Source of the DNA: an uncultured Nitrospiraceae bacterium
GTDB lineage: Bacteria > Nitrospirota > Thermodesulfovibrionia > Thermodesulfovibrionales > Dissulfurispiraceae
Assembly: GCA_963727805.1 (NCBI GenBank)
Contig: CAVSHF010000003.1
Location: 1,408,001 to 1,472,000, forward strand
Length of the DNA stretch: 64,000 bases
Direction: 5' to 3'
In this document: positions 30,634-42,253 of the stretch, in pieces
Layout of the letters: each line of letters opens with the position of its first letter
Numbering within the stretch: the stretch's first letter is position 1
Translations under genes and position numbers: made by a program
Notes under the pieces: generated by a model
What the model saw: only the letters and a program-made list of their open reading frames with translations
Told to the model about the DNA's origin: nothing
Database searches by the model: none

Positions 30634-31311
30634 TCATTGTATCACGATGAATCCGTACTGTCTGCCTACAGCACCTTTCGCATATCTGTATGAATAGTAT
30701 TTCTCAGGAAGGCAGTGCGTGCAGTCTTCTGATATCCAGACATTCTCCGGCAAAATGCCAGATGAAAGAGCCTGGTGTCTGTTCGCAGCTCCAAGATCCA
30801 CAAATCGGGTTTCTCCGCGTGCTAGGACATAGTCTCCGTTCCCTGTCTCTCTAGTTACTGCATCGACTACTTCCGGCCCGACTCCATAGCAGCATCCTTT
30901 TATGCTTGGCCCGATAGCGATGATAATATCCACTGGAGATGCATGAAAATAGTCTTTTAAGACAGCGATCGTTTTTTTTACTATACCAGCTGCCGTCCCA
31001 CGCCATCCTGCATGGACCGCGCCTGCTATATGTTTCTTTTTGTCGAACAGCAGTACCGGAACGCAATCAGCCACCTTAATACCGATGACAAGGCCTCTCC
31101 TGTTCGTCACCACTGCGTCGGCAACTTTCGGCTCCAGATCGTATTCTATAATGTTAATCTTATCGGTATGCCTCTGAAGAGGGAGATATGTAGTTTCAGC
31201 ATGTAATTCAGTACTAAGTCTGTCGACTTCGCCATGAAATCTCTTCGTAGTGAAGAAAGCGTGAACCGGAAGCCCTTTGAAGATATCGGGAGTAATGATC
31301 CCCGGGGTCAT
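30634..31311 (-). CDS. pgeF: Peptidoglycan editing factor/laccase-domain protein (YfiH)
   Basis: QRH, ADCVPV, HAGWRG, GPSI..CCY, CT, YSYR. Confidence 0.9.
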   Translation of the reverse strand: MTPGIITPDIFKGLPVHAFFTTKRFHGEVDRLSTELHAETTYLPLQRHTDKINIIEYDLEPKVADAVVTNRRGLVIGIKVADCVPVLLFDKKKHIAGAVHAGWRGTAAGIVKKTIAVLKDYFHASPVDIIIAIGPSIKGCCYGVGPEVVDAVTRETGNGDYVLARGETRFVDLGAANRHQALSSGILPENVWISEDCTHCLPEKYYSYRYAKGAVGRQYGFIVIQ

Positions 31312-31330
31312 ACACGTGCTCTGATACCGA

Positions 31331-32884
31331 TCATGCCATGCAGCGGATCGTGTCAGATAAATACTCGATAATATCCGAGGCAATTAGCGAGTGCTCTCCT
31401 CTGACCTTTGCCGCCTCGTCACCCGCACGTCCATGCAGGTACACGCCCAATACGGCTGCATCAAATGGATTGAGCCCTTGTCCTGCCAGAGACGAAATAA
31501 TGCCGGTCAGGACATCTCCGGACCCGGCAGTAGCCATGCCTGGATTGCCGGTCGTATTGATGTAAACGTCACCTTCGGGTGCGGCGACGATTGTCGGAAC
31601 TCCTTTCAGTACAACATAAACTCCCGTCTCCTGCGAAAAAGATACGGCGGTATTTATCCTCTCTTTTTCAATTTTCGTTCTGACTTCTGCTTTATTACTT
31701 CCCGCTGAAGACTTAGGATTCAAAAGTCTTGCCATCTCTCCCGGGTGTGGTGTAATGATAACCGGCGATTTCGCATTACTCAGGATCTTAATGCTGTTTT
31801 TTAGTGCATTCAACCCGTCGGCATCAATCACCAAAGGGACTGGAGATTTCTGAATAAGGCAAGACGTGATCCTTGCGGTATCAGGAGTAACGCCGATGCC
31901 CGGACCGATGGAGATAATATCGGCCTTTTGAGAGGCGAAGCCGAGGATTATTTCAAGCGCTTTTTCATCGAGTGTCCCATTTCCCTTATCCGGCAAAGGC
32001 AACGTCATCTCCTCTGTTACCCTACCCTGAAAGATATCTACCAGCGATTCGGGCACACCAAGGGTCAACAGTCCCGAACCGGTCCTCAAACATGCCTTTG
32101 CCGTCATCAGCGCCGCGCCAGTCCTCCCCCGTGAGCCCGCCAGAACAAAAACATGGCCATATTCTCCCTTATAAGAATTGCGAGGCCTCTCCGGTAGAAG
32201 GTGCACCGCTCTTTCTGGTCCCATCAACTCGGTTTTAATAGCATCCGACTGAATCAATTTCATTGGAAAGCCTATGCCTTCGACGCAGAGACTTCCGGTA
32301 TATTCTGCGCCTGGATAGAGAAAGTGCCCTCTCTTCGGCAGTCCGAAGGTCACAGTATGATCAGCCTTTATTGCCTCGCCAAGGATTTCACCAGTGTCGG
32401 CAGAAATACCCGAAGGGATGTCGACACCCAGAACTGGGACTTCTGCCTTATTAATAGACCTGAACAGAGCGGCTAAATCTCCTATAACTGGTCTGCTTAG
32501 GCCCGTCCCAAAGATTGCATCAACAATAAAGGCACCGTGCAGATCGCTGCTTCCCATGCTTTTTCGAACTTCGATGGTAATTCCTGTTTTTTTTGCTGCC
32601 CAGTATTGGGTCTTGCAGTCAGCGCTTAAGGAATCAGCCTTGCCGAGCATTATGACCTTGACGCGATACCCTCCGTTATAGAGACTGCGCGCTGCTACAA
32701 GGCCGTCACCGCCGTTATTGCCGCTGCCACAGAGAACAAGCACTTTCCCCCCGGCACATACGTCTTTCACTTTCGCTGCCACAGCAAGTCCGGCTCTCTC
32801 CATAAGAACGAGCGAGGGGATTCCATATTCTGCAATCGTGGTTCTATCGATCTCTCTCATCTCAGCGGCGGTAACGACTTTCAT
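31331..32884 (-). CDS. nnr: Bifunctional NAD(P)HX epimerase/dehydratase
   Basis: LMERAG, GNNGGDG, DAIFGTG, DIPSG, TPHPGEM, ATAGSGDVL. Confidence 0.94.
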   Translation of the reverse strand: MKVVTAAEMREIDRTTIAEYGIPSLVLMERAGLAVAAKVKDVCAGGKVLVLCGSGNNGGDGLVAARSLYNGGYRVKVIMLGKADSLSADCKTQYWAAKKTGITIEVRKSMGSSDLHGAFIVDAIFGTGLSRPVIGDLAALFRSINKAEVPVLGVDIPSGISADTGEILGEAIKADHTVTFGLPKRGHFLYPGAEYTGSLCVEGIGFPMKLIQSDAIKTELMGPERAVHLLPERPRNSYKGEYGHVFVLAGSRGRTGAALMTAKACLRTGSGLLTLGVPESLVDIFQGRVTEEMTLPLPDKGNGTLDEKALEIILGFASQKADIISIGPGIGVTPDTARITSCLIQKSPVPLVIDADGLNALKNSIKILSNAKSPVIITPHPGEMARLLNPKSSAGSNKAEVRTKIEKERINTAVSFSQETGVYVVLKGVPTIVAAPEGDVYINTTGNPGMATAGSGDVLTGIISSLAGQGLNPFDAAVLGVYLHGRAGDEAAKVRGEHSLIASDIIEYLSDTIRCMA

Positions 32885-32953
32885 AATGCACCTCAAAACT
32901 CAGTTGAAGAGTTAAAGGGGGAAAAGTCGGTATACTTTCTTACAACCTGAAAG

Positions 32954-34609
32954 TTACCGACTGTCTCTTTCCCGAATTTCGACCCTCCGGATTTTACCGC
33001 TGATCGTCTTAGGGAGTTCGGTAACAAACTCTATGATCCTCGGATATTTATACGGGGCAGTCACTTTTTTAACATGCTCCTGCAGCTCTTTGATTAGCTC
33101 GTTGCATGAAATGTAGCCTTTTGCCAAAACTACTGAGGCCTTGACGATCTGTCCCCGCACCGGATCAGGGACCGACGTGACAGCGCATTCGAGCACCGCA
33201 GGATGCTCGACAAGGGCGCTCTCGACCTCGAAGGGGCCAATTCGGTACCCTGAACTTTTGATAAGGTCGTCCGCCCTTCCCACGAACCAGTAGTAGCCAT
33301 CCTCATCACGCCAAGCCATATCTCCGGTGTAGTATATGCCATCATGCCACAGCCTTTCAGTGAGGTCCGGCTCACGATAATAGCCCTGGAACATTCCAAC
33401 CGGAGTCCTCCTGTCGGTGCGGATAACAATCTGTCCTTCCTTTCCGAAATCGCATGAGTTGCCATTTTCGTCAAGAAGGTCGATGTCATACCACGGAGAC
33501 GGCTTTCCCATTGACCCCGGTTTCGGCTCTAACCACGGGAAAGTGCCGATCGCGACCGTCGTTTCGGTCTGCCCGTAACCTTCCATGAGTCTGATCCCCG
33601 TTGCATTGAGAAACTGGGAATAGACTTCAGCGCTTAAAGGTTCTCCGGCCACGGTGCAATATTTAAGCTTCTCGAAGTGGTATTTTGAAAGGTCTTCCTT
33701 GATGAGAAACCGGTAAACGGTAGGAGGAGCGCAGAAAGAAGTGACACCATACTTCACCAGTACATCGAGGAGTTTGCCGGGGGCGAATTTATCAAAGTCA
33801 TACACGAATACCGCACATCCCGCAATCCACTGGCCGTAGATCTTTCCCCAAACAGCCTTGGCCCAGCCGGTGTCGGCCACGGTAAGATGCAATCCATTAT
33901 CCTGCACATTCTGCCAATATTTAGCAGTGAGTATGTGGCCCAGCGGATAGGTAAAGTCATGCCGCACCATCTTTGGCATGCCAGTTGTTCCTGATGTGAA
34001 GTAGAGGAGTAATATGTCATCATTAGAGGACGCTTCATCATTCACCGGACGGGTAAAAGACAACGGTGACCGCTCCATCTCTGCGTTAAAGTCAAGCCAA
34101 CCGGCCCGACTGGCGCCGACGAGGGCCTTCAAACAGAGTGAGGGGGATTGTGCCTCGGCGGCTTCGACATGAGTGATGACTTCGGCATCCGCCACGCTGA
34201 CGATCATCTTGATGTCCGCTGAGTTATTCCGGTATACAATATCCTTGGCAGTGAGCAGATGCGTGGCAGGAATGGAGATTGCGCCAATCTTATGAAGAGC
34301 TAGGATGCAGAACCAGAACTCGTAGTGCCTCTTGAGGATGAGCATCACAGGATCGCCCCGCTGTATGCCGTGAGACACGAAGAAATTTGCCGCCTTGTCA
34401 CTATATCGTCTAAGTTGACCGAAGGTGAATATTTCTTCCCGACCCCTGCCATCACACCACACCAGAGCAATCTTATGAGGATGTAGCGCTGCTATTTCAT
34501 CAACAACATCATAGGCAAAATTGAAATTCTCCGGGACCACGATGCGGAAATCCTTTATAAAGTCTTCGTATGAAGTGAAATCCACTTTTGAAACAAACCG
34601 CTTAAGCAT
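32954..34609 (-). CDS. AMP-forming short/medium-chain acyl-CoA synthetase
   Basis: [31 protein letters not shown]. Confidence 0.92.
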   Translation of the reverse strand: MLKRFVSKVDFTSYEDFIKDFRIVVPENFNFAYDVVDEIAALHPHKIALVWCDGRGREEIFTFGQLRRYSDKAANFFVSHGIQRGDPVMLILKRHYEFWFCILALHKIGAISIPATHLLTAKDIVYRNNSADIKMIVSVADAEVITHVEAAEAQSPSLCLKALVGASRAGWLDFNAEMERSPLSFTRPVNDEASSNDDILLLYFTSGTTGMPKMVRHDFTYPLGHILTAKYWQNVQDNGLHLTVADTGWAKAVWGKIYGQWIAGCAVFVYDFDKFAPGKLLDVLVKYGVTSFCAPPTVYRFLIKEDLSKYHFEKLKYCTVAGEPLSAEVYSQFLNATGIRLMEGYGQTETTVAIGTFPWLEPKPGSMGKPSPWYDIDLLDENGNSCDFGKEGQIVIRTDRRTPVGMFQGYYREPDLTERLWHDGIYYTGDMAWRDEDGYYWFVGRADDLIKSSGYRIGPFEVESALVEHPAVLECAVTSVPDPVRGQIVKASVVLAKGYISCNELIKELQEHVKKVTAPYKYPRIIEFVTELPKTISGKIRRVEIRERDSR

Positions 34610-35037
34610 TAGAGTCCTTTCATAAAATAACCACAAAAGACGTGGCTGGCATTTGAGCCGACACTTCGGCGATCCACCTCAATTCGTGTATCCTTTCATC
34701 GGGTTGACGAAACTGTTTGGACATCGGGGAAATTATCATTAATTTGACAAAAAAAGCAATATGGCCAAATGCTTCTTACCAAATCTTTGCCCGGCATCCT
34801 TGCTAATCAAGGGATGATTACTTCATGAGAAAAGCTTTAAGCGATAGATAAACAGTTATCAGTCTGCATCGGCTTTGTATGGTTAGCGTGAAAACATCTC
34901 TCTAACTATTGTGAGGAGGCGATTCGGCGATACCGGTTTAATTTCGTGATTCTGGTGCAGACTAATAGGCTAATCAATTTCTTTGTATAATTAATCGAGG
35001 TTGGCCAATAGCATCCCCCTCAGGAAAGGAGAGTGTC

Positions 35038-36144
35038 ATGATCATTGGTATTCCCAAGGAGATAAAGACCCACGAGTATCGGGTGGGGATGACGCCATCG
35101 GGTGTCGCGGAACTGAAGAATGATGCTCATACGATACTCGTTGAAGCTGGTGCCGGAGAAGGCAGCGGGTTTACCGACAATGAATACCTGGATGCAGATG
35201 CCGATATTGTCGATAAAGAAACCATTTTTGAAAAGTCCGAACTCATAGTGAAGGTCAAAGAGCCTTTGCCTTCTGAGTACCATCTCATGAAAGAAGGCTT
35301 AGCAATCTTCACCTATCTGCACCTTGCGCCAAACCGCGAACTTACGCAATTGCTACTCAGAAAAAAAATAACCGGCCTCGGATACGAAACCCTGCAAAAG
35401 AATGGTATGCTGCCGTTACTGGTTCCCATGAGCGCCATAGCCGGAAGAATGGCTCCTCTTGTGGGATCCTATTATCTCCAGAGGCCGCATGGGGGCACCG
35501 GGGTTCTTCCTACAGGGATTGCAGGTAGTCGGCCGGCAAAGGCAGTGATTCTAGGGGCCGGTGTTGTCGGCTTCAATGCTGCACGTGTGTGTGCAGGCCT
35601 CGAAATGGAAACCATAGTGATCAACAGGAGCACCGAGAGACTCGAACGGCTTGACGAGCTTTTCATGGGCAAGATAAGAACCCTGCCACTCACGCCACAA
35701 CATGTCAAAGAAGAGATACGAGACGCGGATATCGTTGTCGGCGCAATACTCGTTCCCGGGGCAAGAACACCCATATTGATCACCAGAGGTATGGTTGGGA
35801 CAATGAAAAAAGGTGCCGTCATAGTCGACGTATCGATCGATCAGGGCGGTTGCGCCGAGACATCGCGACCTACGACCCATACCGATCCTATTTATGAAGT
35901 GGCTGGTATCGTTCACTATATGGTCGCCAACATGCCCGGTGCATATCCGCGCACAGCGACCCTGGCATTGACGGATGCAACACTCCCCTATATCAAGGCC
36001 CTCGCAGCGAGGGGTATCGAAGGGGCGCTCAAGGAAGATGCAGCGATAAGGAGCGCACTTAACACATGGGGCGGAGAGATTGTCCATGAGGGCCTCGCGC
36101 AGGTCTATAAAGCTCAGAACAATACAGCCATATTTAATAGCTAG
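35038..36144 (+). CDS. ald: Alanine dehydrogenase
   Basis: IGIPKEIK..EYRV, KVKEP, FTYLHLA, DQGGC, VANMPGA. Confidence 0.96.
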   Translation: MIIGIPKEIKTHEYRVGMTPSGVAELKNDAHTILVEAGAGEGSGFTDNEYLDADADIVDKETIFEKSELIVKVKEPLPSEYHLMKEGLAIFTYLHLAPNRELTQLLLRKKITGLGYETLQKNGMLPLLVPMSAIAGRMAPLVGSYYLQRPHGGTGVLPTGIAGSRPAKAVILGAGVVGFNAARVCAGLEMETIVINRSTERLERLDELFMGKIRTLPLTPQHVKEEIRDADIVVGAILVPGARTPILITRGMVGTMKKGAVIVDVSIDQGGCAETSRPTTHTDPIYEVAGIVHYMVANMPGAYPRTATLALTDATLPYIKALAARGIEGALKEDAAIRSALNTWGGEIVHEGLAQVYKAQNNTAIFNS

Positions 36145-36443
36145 TTATAGGTAATCAGGCAGCAGATCAGTGGCTAAAATACCATGGCTTCTTCTTATAA
36201 TCTGGATCGTCGGAACATAAGTAGCGAGATATATTATGTCTGGGAATCCTTCTTTCGAGATTGCTTATAAATTATGCGGATCTTTATCGGAAATGATTAC
36301 CGCTTGGCTGACCAATTAACCCAAACAGATGCCAAAATAGCCTGTTTAAAATAATGATTCAACCTTGGAAGGAAGCTAACGAATAATCTTGCCTGTGCTA
36401 ACCGACAGATCCCACTTATGAGTATTGCCGTTATAGTGTATCA

Positions 36444-36920
36444 TCAGTTTTTTGGCTCTTGACTCTCATTTTCTAAATGGTGCAGAATTTTGAGCATGAG
36501 ATCAGTCTGTCGCTCCAGATGCAGTAGAATCGTTTCAATTTCTGTTTCGGCTTTTATATTGACTTCGAAATCTGATTCTGCTCTTGCCTCTGAGTGACGT
36601 CCCTGGAGATTTTGACCTATCATAATCAGCGGCATTAAAAATATCTGCAGTACATTGGACAGAAAGAGCCATAAGACAAACGCAGGGTATGGATCGAATC
36701 TCGTTTCTTTAGGACCAAGTGTATTCCATCCTAACCAGAAAAATGTCCATGCAAAAACAACAATGAAAAAACCCATTGAGCCGACCTTGTCTGTAATCCA
36801 GACAGCAAACAACTCTAAATGACTCAGGCTTTTTCTATGATCTGCATTGACGTTTCTGATCGGTTTGTGCACCTTCTGCTTTTTCAATTCTTCATGAGTT
36901 AATAATTGAGTCTCGCTCAT
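36444..36920 (-). CDS. DUF1003 membrane protein
   Basis: VGSMGF, FDPYPAF, PLIMIGQN, EVNIKAE. Confidence 0.85.
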   Translation of the reverse strand: MSETQLLTHEELKKQKVHKPIRNVNADHRKSLSHLELFAVWITDKVGSMGFFIVVFAWTFFWLGWNTLGPKETRFDPYPAFVLWLFLSNVLQIFLMPLIMIGQNLQGRHSEARAESDFEVNIKAETEIETILLHLERQTDLMLKILHHLENESQEPKN

Positions 36921-37283
36921 TTTGCTCCCTCCATGTCTGATTGTTATCAAGCCACCACAATAAAAAGACCATCAATGTTTTTTATCGCCCAATATCGATT
37001 TAACTTCAAATCTGCACAATTATACCACGGGTTCAATCATAAGGACTTTAGGAAGCGGATGAGACTATTCGGGTGCAAGATCTTTTCATTGGCAAGAGAT
37101 ATAATAAGCTAATTGCAGCCGGTAAACGTTGACAGCCATGGCTATTTAACGAGTACTTTGACACTATCGGCATATGAGATCATGCTTAATGACTACTCAT
37201 AGCTGAATGTCGTCAGGTGAATTTATACTCTAAATCATAAAATATCTCTTCAATCTTTCTCTCTTTCGGTACCATAATATAAT

Positions 37284-37799
37284 ATGGTTACTTGCAGGAA
37301 GAATATTTTTCTCACCGGAGCTCCTTCGTCAGGCAAGACCACTGTCATCAAGAAGATCATTCAGAAACTAGTCCTTCCGTCCTGCGGTTTTTATACGGAA
37401 GAAGAACGGCTGGGTGGCAAAAGGGTGGGTTTTGTTATGAAGACCATCGATGGCAAAACATCATACCTTGCCCATCAGGATATTAAGTCGGAATTCCATA
37501 TCAGACGGTTCAGTGTCAGCCTTGAAAATATCGAAGCTCTTGCCGTGCCATCGCTATCTCCGACAACCGGCAATAGTATTGTAATCCTCGACGAAATCGG
37601 TAAGATGGAATGTTTTTCCGAGGTCTTTAGAAATGCAGTGATCAGAGTCCTGGATTCACCCAACATTATCATAGGAACGATTACACTGGGAGATGATGAT
37701 TTCATTGCAACTATTAAGAATAGGGGGGACATCGAGATCCTTGAGGTAAATCACGACAACAGAAATGTCCTGCCAGACATAATCCTAAAAAGATATTAG
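37284..37799 (+). CDS. NTPase_1 / THEP1-like nucleoside triphosphatase
   Basis: TGAPSSGKTT, GFYTEE, DEIGKME. Confidence 0.88.
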   Translation: MVTCRKNIFLTGAPSSGKTTVIKKIIQKLVLPSCGFYTEEERLGGKRVGFVMKTIDGKTSYLAHQDIKSEFHIRRFSVSLENIEALAVPSLSPTTGNSIVILDEIGKMECFSEVFRNAVIRVLDSPNIIIGTITLGDDDFIATIKNRGDIEILEVNHDNRNVLPDIILKRY

Positions 37800-38196
37800 A
37801 CCTGAAAGAGGTGGGATCGCGACAAATACTGCGATAATTATACGGATTGGCGCAGAGACAGAGGTCAACAACATTAGCGACAAGAAAGACATTGGGAGAT
37901 GCAAGGGCCATTTAAAAGCCGCTAGTTGACACGGGACTCACGTCTCCGAGCCATCCGGTAATGATGCGGGACTGTTTTTTTTACAGCGTACGAGTGATTA
38001 TTTTCTTTTCAGCGGGGAGTGTCGAATTGCCTGACTGCAAGTGGCAGACACATTCTTTTGCAAGCTTGGCGCATGAAGCTTACGATGACTAATCGAGGAC
38101 GGACCAATTCGGACTAGCCCCGGCAGTTAAGCATTGACAAGGGCACATGCGACTAGGGATATTTTCCATCCCCTCACGTTAAGCTGTCCATCTGAC

Positions 38197-39084
38197 TCAC
38201 CGGTTCTTCTTAATAGTGACTCTGCCCTCCAGATCGTCTGCAAACTGGCGCGCTGTCCTTCCCGAATAGCTTCCATGTTCGAGAGACCACTGCATCGCCT
38301 CCTTTTCAAGTCTGTTAGGCTCAATCACGATCTTTCTTAGAGAGGCATAATTATGGACGATCCGGAGATAGTTGTCTTTATCGAAATTAAAAAAACCGAG
38401 CCGAAGTCCAAAGCGGTCGCTCAGGGAAAGCTTTTCCTCCAGTGTTTCGGCAGGATGCAACTCTCCACCTTTGTAAACTAGCACATTGTCTTCGATCTGT
38501 TCAGGCATGAGGTGGCGCCGGTTTGAAGTCGCATAGATGATCATATTGCTCGGCTTGGTCTCGAGCCCTCCTTCAAGAACGGCCTTGAGCTGACGGTATG
38601 AGCTCTCCTCCTCTTCAAAGGCAAGGTCATCACAGAAAAGAATGAATTTTTCAGGCCGCGTCCTTATGAGATTGGCAACATCAAAGAGGTGAATAAGTGC
38701 ATCACGTTCCATCTCGATCATGCGGAGGCCTCTTTTGGCATATTCGTTCAAAAGCGCCTTTACTGCTGAGGACTTGCCTGTTCCTCTTGGGCCGTATAGG
38801 AGAACATTATTGCAAGGCAACCCACCGAGAAGCTGCCCCGTATTCTCCTTCAGCTTAACGATGATATCGTCGATGCCTTTGAGTTCCCTCATGCTAACGG
38901 GATCAGGGTGTAAAATTCCCTTTATGCAAGGGACTCCGTTTATGGAATGGACCTTGAAGGCATTGAACCGATCAAATACCTGCGGATCGACCTCCGGCGC
39001 AACAGCGTCTGCGAGCCTCTTAATATTTTCATTCAGGCTTTTCAACTGGGATATCAATACATTTGCGTCATCCTCGTTTAGCAT
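38197..39084 (-). CDS. AAA+ ATPase, DUF815 family
   Basis: NNVLLYGPRGTGKSS, FCDDL, YATSNRRHL, SLSDRFG, SGRTARQF. Confidence 0.9.
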   Translation of the reverse strand: MLNEDDANVLISQLKSLNENIKRLADAVAPEVDPQVFDRFNAFKVHSINGVPCIKGILHPDPVSMRELKGIDDIIVKLKENTGQLLGGLPCNNVLLYGPRGTGKSSAVKALLNEYAKRGLRMIEMERDALIHLFDVANLIRTRPEKFILFCDDLAFEEEESSYRQLKAVLEGGLETKPSNMIIYATSNRRHLMPEQIEDNVLVYKGGELHPAETLEEKLSLSDRFGLRLGFFNFDKDNYLRIVHNYASLRKIVIEPNRLEKEAMQWSLEHGSYSGRTARQFADDLEGRVTIKKNR

Positions 39085-39122
39085 GTCGGAATCCTCCTGT
39101 GCAAATGCTATGTATTATCAGT

Positions 39123-40226
39123 CTAGGACCCGCCGTCATCCTCGCTCATCTCAAGGCACGGTGACGAAAATCCAACAAGCCTCAATTCGGGTCTGAGAGA
39201 GACGCCGAAATGATCTTTCACCTTTTGTTGCACCTCGCCGGCAAAACTGACGATATCCCGCGCAGTCGCTCCCCCATAGTTCATGATAATAAGCGTATGC
39301 TTCGGCGATATACCAACATTGTCCTTCCGGAATCCTCGTGTATAACCCACGCATTGAATAAGACAGGCAGCCGACATTTTCACCTTGCCTGAATCGAGAG
39401 GCCAGGCCCAGTCGGCACACCCTCCCACCCTTTGAACTCGTTCTGCAATCGCTCTGAATTTTTCCGGGGCAACAACCGGGTTTTTGAAAAAAGAACCAGC
39501 ACTCATGAAGGACTCATAGCCTTCGCGAACGAGTAACCCTTTGACGTCCCTTATGGATATCACAGCATCCCTCACTTGTCGGAGCGTTATATCTTGATTT
39601 CCCTCGAAATATTTTAAGAGTTCCCTGTATTTCATCGCGGGGGCTCCGTCTTGCTTTAGCCTGAATGTCACCCCAGTGATAAGGTACTTGCCAGCGGAGT
39701 CACCATTGAAAATACTTTTTCGATATCCGAAGCCACATTCTGCATTGCTGAAAAAAATGGACTTGCCTGTATCACTCTCGATTGCCCTAACACCGGCTAC
39801 TGTTTGCGACACATCCTGACCATAGGCACCGATGTTCTGGACCGGCGATGCCCCAACTGTGCCAGGGATGCCTGCCAGACATTCGATGCCTTGCCAGCCG
39901 CTACTGATACATCTGTCTGCAAAGTGCTGCCAGTCCTCTCCCGCGCCTGCGTAAACAACTGCGTCTTTGTCTTCTATGCGGCTTTTGAACCCCTTTATCC
40001 TATCGAGAATCACTAGACCATCAAATCCGACATCACTTATCAGGACATTACTCCCTCCGCCTAGTGTAAAAATGGGGATATTTCTTTCCTTTGCGAAGTC
40101 GAGAGCTTCGACAACCTCATCCTCACTCTTTACAACAGTAAAATAGCGCGCAGGGCCTCCTATGCCGAAGGTTGTGTGTTCACCGAGGGGATAATTTTCC
40201 CTTATCTCAATCCCTTTAGTCTTCAT
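39123..40226 (-). CDS. murB: UDP-N-acetylmuramate dehydrogenase
   Basis: GGGSNVL, GIPGTVG, QNIGAYG, YRKS, SAGSFFKNP. Confidence 0.95.
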   Translation of the reverse strand: MKTKGIEIRENYPLGEHTTFGIGGPARYFTVVKSEDEVVEALDFAKERNIPIFTLGGGSNVLISDVGFDGLVILDRIKGFKSRIEDKDAVVYAGAGEDWQHFADRCISSGWQGIECLAGIPGTVGASPVQNIGAYGQDVSQTVAGVRAIESDTGKSIFFSNAECGFGYRKSIFNGDSAGKYLITGVTFRLKQDGAPAMKYRELLKYFEGNQDITLRQVRDAVISIRDVKGLLVREGYESFMSAGSFFKNPVVAPEKFRAIAERVQRVGGCADWAWPLDSGKVKMSAACLIQCVGYTRGFRKDNVGISPKHTLIIMNYGGATARDIVSFAGEVQQKVKDHFGVSLRPELRLVGFSSPCLEMSEDDGGS

Positions 40227-40253
40227 TCGAATGGTTTATTATAACATCCATCT

Positions 40254-40865
40254 TCACTCCTCACCGATATCAATATCCGGGCGCAGTTTTCTCACCGCAA
40301 GACGCCAGATCAGTAAAGCAAGCACCATGAGCATGATTAAAACGAGGAGTGCATATAGCGCTTCTTCGACATCTTTCTTGATCAATTCAAGCGTGTTACC
40401 GCCCCAGTAACCGGCTCCAACCATAAGCGAGATTGTCACGACCGACGAAACCGCGTCGGCGAGAACAAACTTCAGCCGTGGCATCTTAAGAATGCCGGCG
40501 ACCAAAAATATCTGTGAGCGAAGGCCGACAAGATGACGGCCGAGAAAGATAACGAGAACCCCCCATTTGCGGAATGTTTTTTCGAGGCGAGTAATACGCT
40601 TTGCGGAGATAATCTTGCGAAAGCGTCTGTGGGTCACGACTTTCCTTCCGTATTTTCTCCCGACATGATAGAGGAAATAATCAGTCATGAGCATACCAAA
40701 TGATACGACAAGAAGAGCAGGTACCGGCTTCACGACATTGTTTGCGATCAGCAGGCCGCAGAGAATAAGGATCGCGTCCTCTGGAAAGGGGAACCCGATC
40801 ACTCCAAGCACGAGGAGCACAAAAAGACCAAAATACGGAAAGTGGTGAATGATTGATATATCCAT
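40254..40865 (-). CDS. DedA-family membrane protein
   Basis: FPFPED, YHVGRKYG, FLGRHLVGLR; start uncertain. Confidence 0.88.
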   Translation of the reverse strand: MDISIIHHFPYFGLFVLLVLGVIGFPFPEDAILILCGLLIANNVVKPVPALLVVSFGMLMTDYFLYHVGRKYGRKVVTHRRFRKIISAKRITRLEKTFRKWGVLVIFLGRHLVGLRSQIFLVAGILKMPRLKFVLADAVSSVVTISLMVGAGYWGGNTLELIKKDVEEALYALLVLIMLMVLALLIWRLAVRKLRPDIDIGEE

Positions 40866-40990
40866 TTCGTTTTCTATTTTGCCGACTTTAACGGACCGAG
40901 TCAATCCTGTGATGCAACTGCATAAGCTCATTGTCATGAGAGCCCGATTTTGATATAGTTGAAAATAGTATTAAACATGGGAGGACTATT

Positions 40991-41527
40991 ATGATCGAAT
41001 TGTTGCGCAAGCGACGAAGCATTCGCAAGTATACCGGAGAAGCTATCGACAAGATATCGCGTGAGCTGCTCATAGAAGCATTGCTCCGCGCGCCATCCTC
41101 ACGTGACATTAAACCATGGGAATTCATTGTTGTTGATGACCCCAAGTTGTTGTCAAAGTTATCAGAAGCGAAAGAGCATGGCTCACAATTTCTTCGGGCA
41201 GCGCAATTGGGAATTGTTGTATGCGCAGACAGTACAAAATCAGACGTATGGATTGAGGACTGCTCTATCGCGGCGATACTCGTTCAAATGGTCGCAGTGT
41301 CGCTTGGCCTGGGCAGCTGCTGGATACAGATAAGAAATCGAAAATATAAGGAAAAGAAAACATCGGAGAAATATATTCGGGACATACTCGGCTTGCCCAG
41401 TCAGATCAAGGTTGAATCGATAATAAGCATCGGTTATCCCGGTGAAACTAGGAAGCCGGTTGCGAAAAGTGAATTGCAGTATACCAAGATCAAACACAAT
41501 CATTACTCTGAATCGTACTTTTCATAG
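40991..41527 (+). CDS. Nitroreductase family protein
   Basis: RRSIRKY, APS, PWEF, GLGSCW. Confidence 0.92.
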   Translation: MIELLRKRRSIRKYTGEAIDKISRELLIEALLRAPSSRDIKPWEFIVVDDPKLLSKLSEAKEHGSQFLRAAQLGIVVCADSTKSDVWIEDCSIAAILVQMVAVSLGLGSCWIQIRNRKYKEKKTSEKYIRDILGLPSQIKVESIISIGYPGETRKPVAKSELQYTKIKHNHYSESYFS

Positions 41528-41598
41528 GAAATAGGTTAAACTATCGAAACAGCTTATTCTTGCATTAAGCGTGATTATACCATTCAAAGGAGATTAGA

Positions 41599-42081
41599 AT
41601 GTCAGAGACTCGTGCAATAATTGAAACGAAATTAGGAAATATCGAACTCAAGTTCTTTCCTGATGTTGCCCCCGACCATGTCAATAATTTCGTAACCCTT
41701 GCGACGGCGGGCTTTTATGACGGTACCACCTTTCACCGCGTCATCCCCGACTTCATGATACAGGGAGGCGACCCCAATTCCAAGGACCACGAAAAGTCGC
41801 AGCACGGCATGGGTGGCCCAGGGCATACCGTTAAGGCTGAATTCAACAAGAAACCGCACAAGCGCGGCACCCTCTCCATGGCACGTTCAGCCCATCCCGA
41901 CAGTGCGGGATCGCAGTTTTTCATCTGCGTTGCTGACGCTGCTTTTCTCGACGGACAATACACCGTATTCGGCGAAGTAGTGTCGGGGATAGATACGGTA
42001 GATGCCATTGTTAATCAGCCTAGAGATCTGAGGGATAACCCAAACGAACGGGTTGAGATGATGGTCAAAATAGTGGAGTAA
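41599..42081 (+). CDS. Cyclophilin-type peptidyl-prolyl isomerase
   Basis: FHRVIPDFMIQGGDP, LSMAR, GSQFFI, YTVFG. Confidence 0.95.
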   Translation: MSETRAIIETKLGNIELKFFPDVAPDHVNNFVTLATAGFYDGTTFHRVIPDFMIQGGDPNSKDHEKSQHGMGGPGHTVKAEFNKKPHKRGTLSMARSAHPDSAGSQFFICVADAAFLDGQYTVFGEVVSGIDTVDAIVNQPRDLRDNPNERVEMMVKIVE

Positions 42082-42253
42082 TGAGAGCTGTTTAACCTTA
42101 AATCGGATTGCCTGTGACTGTTAACTTTCCGTCCAAAGTGGGGTTGCCAAATATCAGGCAGATTAGTAGTCTGATCTCTTTTTAATCTTGATATTGCAAG
42201 AAGGTGATCTTTTATCTGCGACGAAATGAAGGCTGATTCGACGTTCGCGAGAG

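Noticed and set aside
37165..37200. GCTTAATGACTACT resembling a fluoride riboswitch 3' half
   Set aside because: The 5' GGCGATG-type strand and its pairing are absent.
37800..38196. 400-nt intergenic region as an ncRNA
   Set aside because: No recognisable family motif or strong structure by eye.
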